A stretch of 64,000 bases of DNA, from positions 175,442 through 239,441 of the IMG/VR virus record IMGVR_UViG_3300037010_001702. One strand, given 5' to 3'. Under the pieces are notes generated by a model. The model did no database searches. It was not told the origin of the DNA and saw nothing but the letters and a program-made list of their open reading frames with translations. Shown here in pieces: positions 9,143 through 18,399 of the stretch; the first letter of the stretch is position 1; the number at the start of each line of letters is the position of its first letter. The position numbers and the translations under genes are program-made.

Positions 9143-9581
9143 AGAAGATAAATTAGGCGCGGTGTTGGATAGATTACCGGCCTATGAAAAGAAACTTCAA
9201 GACGCTGAGCCAATCTTCAAATTAGAAGGCAGACGTCTTGAAGAGATTGCTAGAACACTTCCACACTATCAGGCCTCTTATGATCAAACTCTTCAAGAGT
9301 TGAGAGCTCTTGAAGAGTGGTTGAACAATTTAAAAGAGAAACGTGTTGCTAAATACTGGAAAAAGTATCTGGAAGGTTATCAGCGCACACTTACCTCTCG
9401 CGATATCCAAGCATACATTGCTGGCGAAAAAGAAATTGTTGAGCTCAATCAAATCATCATTGAAGTTGCTCTTATGAAGAGTAACGCTTTATCTATTGTA
9501 GAGGCTATTAAGAATCTTGGATGGATGGTAGGTCATATAACTAAATTGAGAGTTGCAGAAATGCAAGATGCTGTACTATGA
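9120..9581 (+). CDS. uvsY: UvsY-like recombination mediator
   Basis: Helical 153 aa protein with RTLTSRDIQAYIAGE and IKNLGWMVGHITKLRVA; position between uvsX and uvsW. Confidence 0.7.
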   Translation: MSFLLLLEEDKLGAVLDRLPAYEKKLQDAEPIFKLEGRRLEEIARTLPHYQASYDQTLQELRALEEWLNNLKEKRVAKYWKKYLEGYQRTLTSRDIQAYIAGEKEIVELNQIIIEVALMKSNALSIVEAIKNLGWMVGHITKLRVAEMQDAVL

Positions 9582-9720
9582 ACACACCAGGATTTACAGG
9601 AAAATTTAAAGTTGATGAAGATCTTCTTAGCTAGATTGCTGGTCTAGAAGATAAAGAGTTGTCAAAGTATTCATACACTTTTGCTGCATAACACAAACTA
9701 GAACGGCACTTCTAAATCAC

Positions 9721-10779
9721 ATGAAATGTATTCTGCGAATAACCGATGAAGTATGGTGCCAGATATCTGGTATAATGCCTGGGCATGTAGAGACATTAGT
9801 AAAAGCATTTTCTGTTCACCCAGAAGGTTATTTTTTTATGCCTGCCTTCAAGCTTGGGAGATGGAACGGATATATCCAATTTTATTCTCCAACAGGTAAG
9901 ACCTATGTCCGTCTATTAGATCAGGTTATCCCTTACTTAGAGAAGTGGGGATATGACATTGAGCTGATAGATAATCGAAAGTACTTTGAACCTCCTGTAG
10001 TTGGCGGTAAGCTTTTGACTATTGACCCTGCGGGCATTGCTCTCACTGCTTCTGGGACTAACATAATGGGCGATGATGTTGTCGTTGGCGGAAAGGTATT
10101 CAATCTCCGCCCATACCAATTACAGTGTGTTCAGATTGCTGTAGAGAATGGAAGTGGTTTCATTATCGCAGGAACTGGTGCAGGCAAAACCTCCATCACA
10201 GGTGCTCTCTCCTACTACTATGCCAATGCCGGCTATAAAGTAATCACGATTGTTCCATCCGGTGATCTTGTAGACCAAACAGCTGAGTGGTATGAACTCC
10301 TAGGTCTAGATGTAGGCACCTATTCTGGTACAGAGAAGGACCTTGACCACATGCACATCGTTGCAACGTGGCAGGCAGTACAGTATAATCCTACAATCAT
10401 GCATGACTTTCAATGTCTGATTTGGGATGAGTGTTTTTGTGGTGAGACTCCTGTATTGATGTCTGACATGACGGAAAAGAAAATAAAAGACGTTCGGGTC
10501 GGTGATTATGTTTTATCAATGGACGCAAACGGAAATTTCGAGCCTTGTAAAGTGTTAAAAACTCACATTAATTTACCAAAATCTAAGGTAAAAATGCTTC
10601 GGCTAACGTTTGATAATGGACGTTATTTAGATGTTACCGAAAATCATATTTTCTATCTAAAAGATGGTAGAAAGGTTATGGCAAAAGATTTAACTGAGCG
10701 TGATGATATATGTGAATTCTCCTTAAATAAAATGAAAGCTCATGGAGATAAAGTGAATGAAGAAGAAAATCATAAATGA
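9721..10779 (+). CDS. uvsW: UvsW SF2 helicase N-extein fused to split intein N-half (Cys1 at 10432)
   Basis: LRPYQ Q-motif, Walker A AGTGAGKT, then LIWDE|CFCGETPVLMSD (intein block A) and VTENHIFY (block B). Confidence 0.88.
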   Translation: MKCILRITDEVWCQISGIMPGHVETLVKAFSVHPEGYFFMPAFKLGRWNGYIQFYSPTGKTYVRLLDQVIPYLEKWGYDIELIDNRKYFEPPVVGGKLLTIDPAGIALTASGTNIMGDDVVVGGKVFNLRPYQLQCVQIAVENGSGFIIAGTGAGKTSITGALSYYYANAGYKVITIVPSGDLVDQTAEWYELLGLDVGTYSGTEKDLDHMHIVATWQAVQYNPTIMHDFQCLIWDECFCGETPVLMSDMTEKKIKDVRVGDYVLSMDANGNFEPCKVLKTHINLPKSKVKMLRLTFDNGRYLDVTENHIFYLKDGRKVMAKDLTERDDICEFSLNKMKAHGDKVNEEENHK

Positions 10780-11674
10780 TTTACTAGGAGATGAATTTTT
10801 AATAGATATTAAGTTTTTACCTAGAACCGGATCAGTCAGATTGCCTTTTGATTCAGCTGTATTTTCATGTGGTCGCAAGCTTAATAAAAAAGAGTTTGGT
10901 AAATTTTATAGACTATTAATGCAAGGTCATCTTGAAGAAGCTAGGACTTTTGTAGCAGCTCCACAAGAATTTGAAAAATTAAACAAACAACGAAGGCAGA
11001 TTGCTGCTTCTAAAGGTGGTAGGGCTGCCATGTTAGATCCGAAAAATTATGTTTGTAATAAAAATGGTACGCATTGGAATAGAGGGACAGTTGGATTAGT
11101 TAAGGCATGGAACAAAGGATTAACTAAAAATACTGATGTTCGATGCAAAAACATCTCTATCGCTAAAATGGGAGCAAAAAACCCAATGTATGGTAGACCA
11201 GTATCAGCTTTAACGCGTGAAAAGTTATCATTAAAAGCAAAGCAAAATATTGAATCAGGTAAATGGACCCCTAATACGTTTAATTCTAGAACAAGAAAGC
11301 AACTTAAATTTAGAGATAAACTTTTCAGAAGTAGCTGGGAGGCTCTTTTTTATCAAGCATTTCCACAAGCAGAATACGAAAAGATTAGAATACCGTATTT
11401 TACTGATAAGCATCACGTTTACATTACCGATTTTAAAGTTGGTAATGTAATTTATGAAATAAAACCTGAGAAGTACGTAAAATTAAAACAACCCATTCTT
11501 GATATAGTAGCACGCTGGTGTGTTAGCAATGGATTTGAATTTGTTATATTAACTGAATTTTCTTTAACAGAACTAATACCAAAACACACTGTTAATTTTA
11601 GTGAATTTGATGAAAATACTGAAAAACTATTAAGAGGATTATATGCATCTGTTGAAAAAAGAAGAAATAGATAA
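10757..11674 (+). mobile_element. Free-standing homing endonuclease (PD-(D/E)XK/TnsA-like with NUMOD-like repeats) inside fractured uvsW
   Basis: AT-rich ORF between intein halves; WNKGLTK, KMGAKNPMYG DNA-binding repeats; FRSSWE...YITDF...IYEIKP nuclease motif. Confidence 0.75.
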
Positions 11675-12500
11675 GCCAGAAAAAGTTTATGATTTAACTG
11701 TTGATAAACACCACAACTATATTGTTAATGGTGCTGTTGTTTCGAATTGTCACGGTATCAAAGCTACTGTTGCGCAGAAACTTGTCAATGATAATGGTAA
11801 GCACATTGCATTCCGCTTTGGCGTAACAGGAACATTCCCTAAACCAGAGTCTGAAAAGCTTTCTCTTATTACTTCAATTGGGCCTATCCTCAAAGAGATT
11901 CCTGCTGCGTGGTTAATTGACCATGGTTATCTTGCTAAGGTTCAGATTCAGCCTGTTGAATTGAATGAGAGTTATATCGATGAAGACTTTCCTGACTATG
12001 CTGCTGAGAAATCCTTCTTAGCTAAGAGCACTAATCGAATGGAGATCATTGCTGATTTGATCATCTCTCAATGTGCAGCGCATGGCAATACTCTTGTCCT
12101 GGTTAACTCTATTCCATTTGGTGAAAAGTTAGCTAAGCTGATTAAGGGTGCTGTCTTTCTTTATGGCGAATCACCAAAAGACTTGCGCCGCGAACATTAT
12201 GATATGTTTGAAGAGAATGATGATATAATAGTAATAGCCTCAGCAGGTATTGCTTCAACAGGCCTCTCGATTGACCGTATTTTCTGTATGATGTTTGTAG
12301 ATGCAGGTAAATCCTTCATCAAAGCTATTCAATCAGTAGGGCGCGGTCTTCGTATTGGACATGACAAAGATTCTGTTATGGTTGTCGATGTTCACTCTAA
12401 ACTAAAATGGGCAGTGAGGCACTTTAAGGAACGAGTGAAGCACTACAAAGAAGCTGGATACCCAATAAACAAGAAACAAACTTTGAAAGTAAAAGGTTAA
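11643..12500 (+). CDS. uvsW: Split intein C-half (35 aa) fused to UvsW C-extein
   Basis: VYDLTVDKHHNYIVNGAVVSN|CHG (intein blocks F/G); helicase motifs GVTGT, STGLSI, IQSVGRGLR; GAGGA RBS. Confidence 0.88.
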   Translation: MHLLKKEEIDKPEKVYDLTVDKHHNYIVNGAVVSNCHGIKATVAQKLVNDNGKHIAFRFGVTGTFPKPESEKLSLITSIGPILKEIPAAWLIDHGYLAKVQIQPVELNESYIDEDFPDYAAEKSFLAKSTNRMEIIADLIISQCAAHGNTLVLVNSIPFGEKLAKLIKGAVFLYGESPKDLRREHYDMFEENDDIIVIASAGIASTGLSIDRIFCMMFVDAGKSFIKAIQSVGRGLRIGHDKDSVMVVDVHSKLKWAVRHFKERVKHYKEAGYPINKKQTLKVKG

Positions 12501-12599
12501 ACTATAACTTTGCAGCATCAAATTCTAAATGCACTTTTTAGTGGTGAGTTTTGTTATCTCTGCAGTATTGCGCCAAGTTTGTTATAGTGAATGATTTCC

Positions 12600-12955
12600 C
12601 AGATATCTTATGAGTAAGAGCAAATGTCTGTGAATTTCTATCTGCTATTTTTGACGTTCACTAACGTTAGCCCATCTGTTTGCACTTGATGATTTCATCT
12701 TAGCGACTATTTCTGGTCTTAGCATTGCTTCTTTAGTTACGTTTTGGAGCAAATATGATATAATAGACATATGGCTCGAATCAATTAATGATTTACAGAA
12801 TTTTGAACATGTTGATTGTATGGACAAATTTCTAAGTGCTGAATTTAAATGAGATTCTGCTCGTGAATTCTCCCCTTATAAACATAGAATGGTTTATTAG
12901 TTACCGGGTTCACGTATTGATAAACATAAAACATAAAACATAAAACATAAAACAT
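12600..12955 (-). pseudogene. Decayed GIY-YIG homing endonuclease remnant
   Basis: Minus strand reads MFYVYQYVNPVTNKPFYVYKG then a stop; further NUMOD-like fragments (MLRPEIVAKMKSS) in other frames. Confidence 0.6.
12921..12955. repeat. Heptamer tandem repeat (AAAACAT)x4 + TAAACAT
   Basis: Seen directly; on the minus strand this is ATGTTTT, the start-codon region of the remnant. Confidence 0.9.
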
Positions 12956-12980
12956 TTTAATACCCCTTCCCAATATGATA

Positions 12981-12993
12981 GGGGGGGGGGGGG
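12981..12993. repeat. G13 homopolymer
   Basis: 13 consecutive G; abuts a minus-strand TATAAATA at 12994-13001. Confidence 0.9.
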
Positions 12994-13013
12994 TATTTAT
13001 AGGAGAAACTACT

Positions 13014-13532
13014 TTGCAGATATTACCCGAATACAATAAGCCCTATTTGATAGACTCTTTAACAGCTCCCGTAGTTGTGAAGCATAATTGGATCTTCAAT
13101 GCAGCTCTAACAGATTTTATGTTGGCGCCTATTACCTATTTGGAAGAAACGACTGGCGCTGTCATTAAAGTTCGAATCAACAACAGCGAGTTCTGGGTTC
13201 CAGCTACGTGGAACATCCTCGTTACTGAACGTGAGACATACCAAATCGATACCGTCGCTATCAAGGCCTGTGCTTCCACCGAACACCTGGCGTTTAGTTT
13301 TTCTCCTGATGAAATGAAGCTGCGCACCCTCGAGGTAATGGTCATTGATTACGCTGACTCCATGGCGCTAGTTCACCCGATGATCAACAAGGGCACTGCA
13401 CTCGTTCATCCTGTAGGACCTACCCCTATCCTTAACAATGGTAAGCCAATCCAGCTTTCGGTGGTAATAGGTCCTCACGATCTTTACAAACACTTAGCGA
13501 ACAAGGTGATTGGCGACATCTTCTCATATTAA
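13014..13532 (+). CDS. Hypothetical protein downstream of uvsW
   Basis: AGGAG RBS then TTG start at 13014; the upstream in-frame ATG would run through the poly-G and is unlikely. Confidence 0.65.
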   Translation: MQILPEYNKPYLIDSLTAPVVVKHNWIFNAALTDFMLAPITYLEETTGAVIKVRINNSEFWVPATWNILVTERETYQIDTVAIKACASTEHLAFSFSPDEMKLRTLEVMVIDYADSMALVHPMINKGTALVHPVGPTPILNNGKPIQLSVVIGPHDLYKHLANKVIGDIFSY

Positions 13533-13550
13533 CCTGTTTAAGATGAGTTA

Positions 13551-13610
13551 GTAAAGTCCGCCATAAATATTCTATCAGATAATGATAGGAGTTTTTATGG
13601 CGGACTTTAC
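13551..13610 (+). promoter_or_regulatory. Late promoter inside a 17-bp hairpin masking the endolysin start
   Basis: GTAAAGTCCGCCATAAA (13551-67) is the exact reverse complement of TTTATGGCGGACTTTAC (13594-610); CATAAATA at 13562-69; AGGAG at 13587-91. Confidence 0.8.
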
Positions 13611-14178
13611 AGATGATTTCCTTCTAGCGTTTAACCACGCTATGAAGTATGAGGTAGGTGGATTTTGGAACCCAAACGATCCTGATGTGCAAGCAGGTAC
13701 TATTGGGTCACAAGACTTGAATCGTAAGGTTGGTTATACGAACGATCCAGTTGATCCAGGCGGTGAGACAAAATTCGGTGTCGCTAAGAGTGGCAACCCT
13801 GATGTCGATATCGCAGCCCTTGATTTGAACGGCGCGATGGACATCTACTCTAACAGATACTGGACCGCGGGTTCCTGCGATAAGCTGCCTGGAGCCATTG
13901 CCATCATTCACTTTGATGGTTGTGTCAATCATGGAGTTGGCCGCGCTGTTAAGTTTCTTCAATCTGCCATTGATGCTACACCTGACGGGCAAATTGGACC
14001 TAGAACTCTAGCAGCAATTGCTGGTGCAGACCAAGCGACCGTAATAAATTCAATCGCTCAACAACGTACCGCATTCTACAACTCCATTGTAGCTGCAAAG
14101 CCAGCACAAGCTAGATTCTTAAACGGCTGGTTAGCACGCATCAATGATGTGTCAGCCTTCGCTCTTTCCAAGATTTAA
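13597..14178 (+). CDS. Endolysin, glycoside hydrolase family 108 with peptidoglycan-binding domain
   Basis: DPGGETKFGV catalytic motif, DGCVNHG, DGQIGPRT, RFLNGWLARI. Confidence 0.85.
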   Translation: MADFTDDFLLAFNHAMKYEVGGFWNPNDPDVQAGTIGSQDLNRKVGYTNDPVDPGGETKFGVAKSGNPDVDIAALDLNGAMDIYSNRYWTAGSCDKLPGAIAIIHFDGCVNHGVGRAVKFLQSAIDATPDGQIGPRTLAAIAGADQATVINSIAQQRTAFYNSIVAAKPAQARFLNGWLARINDVSAFALSKI

Positions 14179-14273
14179 AAATTCACGCTTTCTTCTGATT
14201 GCATTGTATCTTAGATTCGTTCTATGATACAATTGCCATTAGAAGATAACAGTTTTCGGAGAAAAACAAAAAT

Positions 14274-15926
14274 ATGTCAAATGAGATTGGTGTCGTTAAA
14301 CGCAGCGGCAAAAAAGTTCCACTCAACATCGAAAAGTGGCAAGCTCAAATCCAAAAAGTATGTGAGGGACTCGATGGTGTATCTCCCTCCATGATTGAAA
14401 TTGCGGCTCAAGCCCACTTCTATGATGGGATGGAGACAAGAGAATTAGATCGCATGGCTCTTCGAGCAATGATCGATTTAATTGACGAAGAAGAACACCC
14501 AGATACCGGTAATATCAACTATCAATATGCTGCTGGAAGACAGCGCGTATCAATGCTTCGTAAAGATGTTTATGGAGATTACGCCCCACCATCCCTTTTG
14601 AGTATCGTAAAGAAGAATGTAGAGTTGGGTCTCTACACCCCAGAGCTGCTCACGTGGTACTCTGAAGATGAATGGAACCAAATGGAGAAATTCATTGACC
14701 ATGACAAAGATGAAATACTACCAATCGCAGCTGTTGAACAGCTTATTGAAAAATACCTGGTTCAAGATCGCTCAAAGAGCAACTCGGTTGTTGAGACTCC
14801 ACAAGTCCGCTACATCGTCGCAGCAGCTACTGCCTTCCATGCAGAGACCAAGGACAGAATGCGCTGGGTTAAGGACTTCTACAACTCTAGTTCAGACGGA
14901 CTATTCACTCTTGCTACACCAGTCCTTGCCGGGCTTGGAACAAAAACTAAGCAATTCAGTTCATGTGTGCTTATCAAGTCTGACGACACCCTCAAATCAA
15001 TCTTTGCAAGTGGGCAAGTCATGGCCGACTATGCTGCTAAACGTGCGGGAATCGGCCTCGATGTTGGCCGCCTTAGACCATTAGGTGCGCCCATTAGAGG
15101 AGGAGAAGTTAAGCACACTGGATACATTCCATTCCTCAAGAAATGGTTCGGAGACCTTCGTTCGTGCTCTCAAGGTGGAATACGGAATGCGTCTGCCACC
15201 ATCAACTTCCCAATTTGGCATTATCAATTTGACGATCTTATCGTCCTAAAGAATAACCAAGGTACTGACGAGACACGCGTTCGTCACATGGACTACTGCG
15301 TAGTCATGAACAAGTTCTTCTGGAAGCGCTTCAAGCAGCAGGGCGTAATCACCTTCTTCGATCCAAATGAAGTGCCTGATCTTTACGAAGCCTTCTATGC
15401 TGACTCAGTTCGCTTTGAAGAGCTCTACGAGATGTACGAAGCGCGCACTGATCTTCGCAAGAAGGTAGAGCCAGCAGAAGTCGTCATTAAGGATTGGTTG
15501 ATCAAAGAACGTGGTGACACTGGTCGTTACTACATTCTGAACATCGACAACGTTGCTAATCAAGGTCCTCTTGATCCATCTGTTCACCCAATCTACCAAA
15601 CAAATCTCTGTGTATCGCCAGACACTATTATTAATTGCACGGTTGACGGTACTAAAATGGATATTTCTATATTAGAGTTGACCAGCCTATTCAGCATGAA
15701 TAAAAAAATAAAGGCACTTAGTAAAAATGTAGCTACTGGTGAAATATCGTACGAGTCAGTTACAGCTGCTGCTAAAACTGATATCAATCGCAAACTACTG
15801 AAAATTACTGACTCTGTTACTGGAAAATCGATTAAAGTTACAGCAAATCATAAAGTATGGACTAAAAATCGAGGCTGGGTAGAAGCTGGTTCTTTAAAGT
15901 CAGACGATTTACTAGACCTGATTTAA
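14274..15926 (+). CDS. nrdA: Class Ia ribonucleotide reductase alpha N-extein fused to split intein N-half (Cys1 at 15609)
   Basis: ATP cone (VVKRSG), ETPQ, ATPVLAG, FSSCVL, CSQGGIRNASA; YQTNL|CVSPDT intein start; VTANHKVW block B. Confidence 0.92.
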   Translation: MSNEIGVVKRSGKKVPLNIEKWQAQIQKVCEGLDGVSPSMIEIAAQAHFYDGMETRELDRMALRAMIDLIDEEEHPDTGNINYQYAAGRQRVSMLRKDVYGDYAPPSLLSIVKKNVELGLYTPELLTWYSEDEWNQMEKFIDHDKDEILPIAAVEQLIEKYLVQDRSKSNSVVETPQVRYIVAAATAFHAETKDRMRWVKDFYNSSSDGLFTLATPVLAGLGTKTKQFSSCVLIKSDDTLKSIFASGQVMADYAAKRAGIGLDVGRLRPLGAPIRGGEVKHTGYIPFLKKWFGDLRSCSQGGIRNASATINFPIWHYQFDDLIVLKNNQGTDETRVRHMDYCVVMNKFFWKRFKQQGVITFFDPNEVPDLYEAFYADSVRFEELYEMYEARTDLRKKVEPAEVVIKDWLIKERGDTGRYYILNIDNVANQGPLDPSVHPIYQTNLCVSPDTIINCTVDGTKMDISILELTSLFSMNKKIKALSKNVATGEISYESVTAAAKTDINRKLLKITDSVTGKSIKVTANHKVWTKNRGWVEAGSLKSDDLLDLI

Positions 15927-15927
15927 T

Positions 15928-15979
15928 GTGTGCCCCGTTATTTCTCTATAAATAATAGTACAGAGATTATGGGGCACAC
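15928..15979 (+). promoter_or_regulatory. Late promoter inside a hairpin masking the endonuclease RBS
   Basis: GTGTGCCCC (15928-36) pairs with GGGGCACAC (15971-79); TATAAATA at 15947-54 in between; ATG at 15981. Confidence 0.75.
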
Positions 15980-15980
15980 T

Positions 15981-16736
15981 ATGAAAGATGTAATGTACAG
16001 AGTTTATTGTTGGACAAGTAAAAGTTCAGGCAAATCTTATATTGGATACACTGGAGATGGTGTTTATTTTAGATGGTCGAAACATGTTTTGAGGGCAACA
16101 ACTGGTGGAAAGACATATTTTGATAAGGCAATAAGAAAACATGGTGTAGATGATTGGGTATGCAAGATCATTTTTGATACTCATTTGGAGCATGAAGCTA
16201 AACTAATTGAAATTAAAATGATTAAAGAACTGGATACTTTAGCTCCTAATGGATATAATTCAACACCTGGTGGCAGTGGTGGCAATACATGGTTCGGCGA
16301 AAATGTTGCTGCAAGAAAAGAAGTGTTGAGCAAGAGTAACTCTGGCAGAAATAATCCAAGGGCAGCCACAGTAATAGATGATGAGCTACTTGTTGCAGCA
16401 ATTGCTCTGTGGAAAGATAATGGATGCAATTGGATTCAGTCAAAATGGTTTGATTTGTGTAAGTTGAAAAAGTGGCCAACGCACCTGGTTAAATGGAGAT
16501 TTTCTAAATTTGGTGGGGGCCTCAGGGGATTGAAAGCTGCAATGCTAGATAAACTAAAGAGTGATGGATATGATATTTCAGAAATTAAATATTCTGCAAC
16601 ACCTGCCCACCGCAGCAAAGTAAGCAAACAGAATTTAGGTAAAATTTGGGTAACAGATACTGCAGCTAACAAATCTTATTTAGCTTTTGCTACTGAATTA
16701 AAATTAGACACTATTATTAAAGGCAGAAAATGTTAA
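15981..16736 (+). mobile_element. Free-standing GIY-YIG homing endonuclease inside fractured nrdA
   Basis: VYCW...SYIGYT, RWSKH, E...IKELDTLAPNGYNSTPGG; AT-rich. Confidence 0.85.
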
Positions 16737-17818
16737 TTATAGAAGAATTAGATGATGTAAGTGATGTTTTTGATATCACTGTTGAAAACACTCACACTTT
16801 TTATGGAGATGGAATATTGGTTCATAACTGCACAGAAATCATGCAGCATACCCGTCCATTCCAAACAATTGAAGATCCGGAGGGCCGCATTGCTCTATGC
16901 ACGCTTGGCTCCATTAATTGGGGTTCATTCCGCAATCCAGAAGACATGAAGCGTCCAGCTGTAGTTCTTCACAGAGCTCTTCACAACCTTCTTCAGTACC
17001 AAGACTTCCTGTCAGTGCATTCTGAACTTCACAACAAGGAATTTGAACCTCTTGGTATCGGCATCACCAACCTTGCATACTGGCAAGCTAAGCGTAAGCT
17101 GAAGTATGGTGAAGCAGATCAACTAGCTGAAGTAAAGCGCTGGATGGAACACCAATCCTTCTACTTGATCGAAGCTTCTGTCAATCTTGCTAAAGAGAAA
17201 GGTCCTTGCCTTGCATCTGCTCAGACACGTTATGGTCAAGGTATCTTTCCTTGGGAGCTTCGTGCTGAAGGTGTCAATGAACTAACTGACTTCACACCTT
17301 CTGAAGATTTGGATTGGGAAGGTCTTCGTGCTAAGATGAAACAGTATGGCATTCGTAATGCTACAAACATGGCAATTGCTCCAGTTGAATCTTCTTCTGT
17401 TGTTATCAATTCAACAAATGGTTTCAATCTTGTTAAACAGCTGATCATCATTAAGGAATCCAAAGCTGGTGCATTCGCGCAAGTTGTTCCTGAGTATCGT
17501 AAGCTGAAGAATCATTACCAGCTGCTTTGGGATCAAAAGGATTGCATCGAGTACATCAAGACTGCTGCAGTTTTGCAAGTCTATGTTGATCAAGGTATCT
17601 CTACTGATACATTTTACTCTGGAAAGTATTTCCCAGAAGGAAAGATTCCTGCTACATTGATTGCTAAGAACCTTATGCTAGGAGCGAGATGGGGGATAAA
17701 ATCTTGGTATTACGATTTGAGAGATAAGCAAGGATCAAAGGAGATGCTTCAAGAAAGTTTTGTTCCTGTTCAAGCTGAACCCGAAGTTGAAGAATATTGC
17801 GAAAGCTGCATACTGTGA
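16730..17818 (+). CDS. nrdA: Split intein C-half (33 aa) fused to NrdA C-extein
   Basis: VFDITVENTHTFYGDGILVHN|CTEI; ALCTLGSIN, LGIGITN, IAPVESSS, DQGIST, C-terminal CESCIL. Confidence 0.92.
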   Translation: MLIIEELDDVSDVFDITVENTHTFYGDGILVHNCTEIMQHTRPFQTIEDPEGRIALCTLGSINWGSFRNPEDMKRPAVVLHRALHNLLQYQDFLSVHSELHNKEFEPLGIGITNLAYWQAKRKLKYGEADQLAEVKRWMEHQSFYLIEASVNLAKEKGPCLASAQTRYGQGIFPWELRAEGVNELTDFTPSEDLDWEGLRAKMKQYGIRNATNMAIAPVESSSVVINSTNGFNLVKQLIIIKESKAGAFAQVVPEYRKLKNHYQLLWDQKDCIEYIKTAAVLQVYVDQGISTDTFYSGKYFPEGKIPATLIAKNLMLGARWGIKSWYYDLRDKQGSKEMLQESFVPVQAEPEVEEYCESCIL

Positions 17819-18390
17819 AATTAGATGAAATAGTTTGGCCAAATACTATAAATGATGTGGGATTTGAAAATCTACTACCATCATTAGAAGAAAATAACAT
17901 GGAGATTTTGCGACTAACAACACGAATTGTTATCGGTAGATCACAAAATAAATACACACTTATAGTTGATTCCAAAATAGTCGGCTTTTTATCATTAGGC
18001 CCAACGGAAGTTATTGATGATAAGCATTATCTTCCAGTAAAAATGCTTTTTGTTATTGAACAATTTAGAAAAACGCGAGCATCTGGTCTATTCATTCTTG
18101 GATTGTCTAAGCTATTGAAATACCCACTAATAATCGGTAATGAAGCAGATAAAGGAGGTTCATTGTCAAAGGATGGTGGGATGCTTCTTGCATCCCTTGC
18201 TGAAAAAAGCAATTTCAGTGTTAGCATACTGAATTTCAAAACAAACAAGATTACAAAATTTTCAAATAGTGATATCGGGGCAAATGACCCCGATATAACA
18301 TTAATAATTGATGGACAAAAATTTCCATTTATTAGTGAAGCACACATAGATATGGGCACATTCGAATATCTGTGGAATGAAGATTTATAA
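17815..18390 (+). CDS. GNAT-like fold protein with MKLDEI leader (GTG start overlapping the nrdA stop)
   Basis: IVGFLSL...LFVIEQFRKT...SLSKDG resembles the motif order of paralogues at 29945 and 33500. Confidence 0.5.
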   Translation: MKLDEIVWPNTINDVGFENLLPSLEENNMEILRLTTRIVIGRSQNKYTLIVDSKIVGFLSLGPTEVIDDKHYLPVKMLFVIEQFRKTRASGLFILGLSKLLKYPLIIGNEADKGGSLSKDGGMLLASLAEKSNFSVSILNFKTNKITKFSNSDIGANDPDITLIIDGQKFPFISEAHIDMGTFEYLWNEDL

Positions 18391-18399
18391 AGGAAGCAC

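Noticed and set aside
12975-13013. Poly-G as a coding phase-variation switch for the 13014 gene
   Set aside because: The AGGAG RBS and TTG start lie downstream of the tract, so the gene probably does not include it.
10757-16736. Group I introns as the explanation for the uvsW and nrdA interruptions
   Set aside because: Both flanks encode clear intein N and C halves with their own stop, RBS and start, so protein trans-splicing explains them. No P/Q/R/S intron core was recognised.
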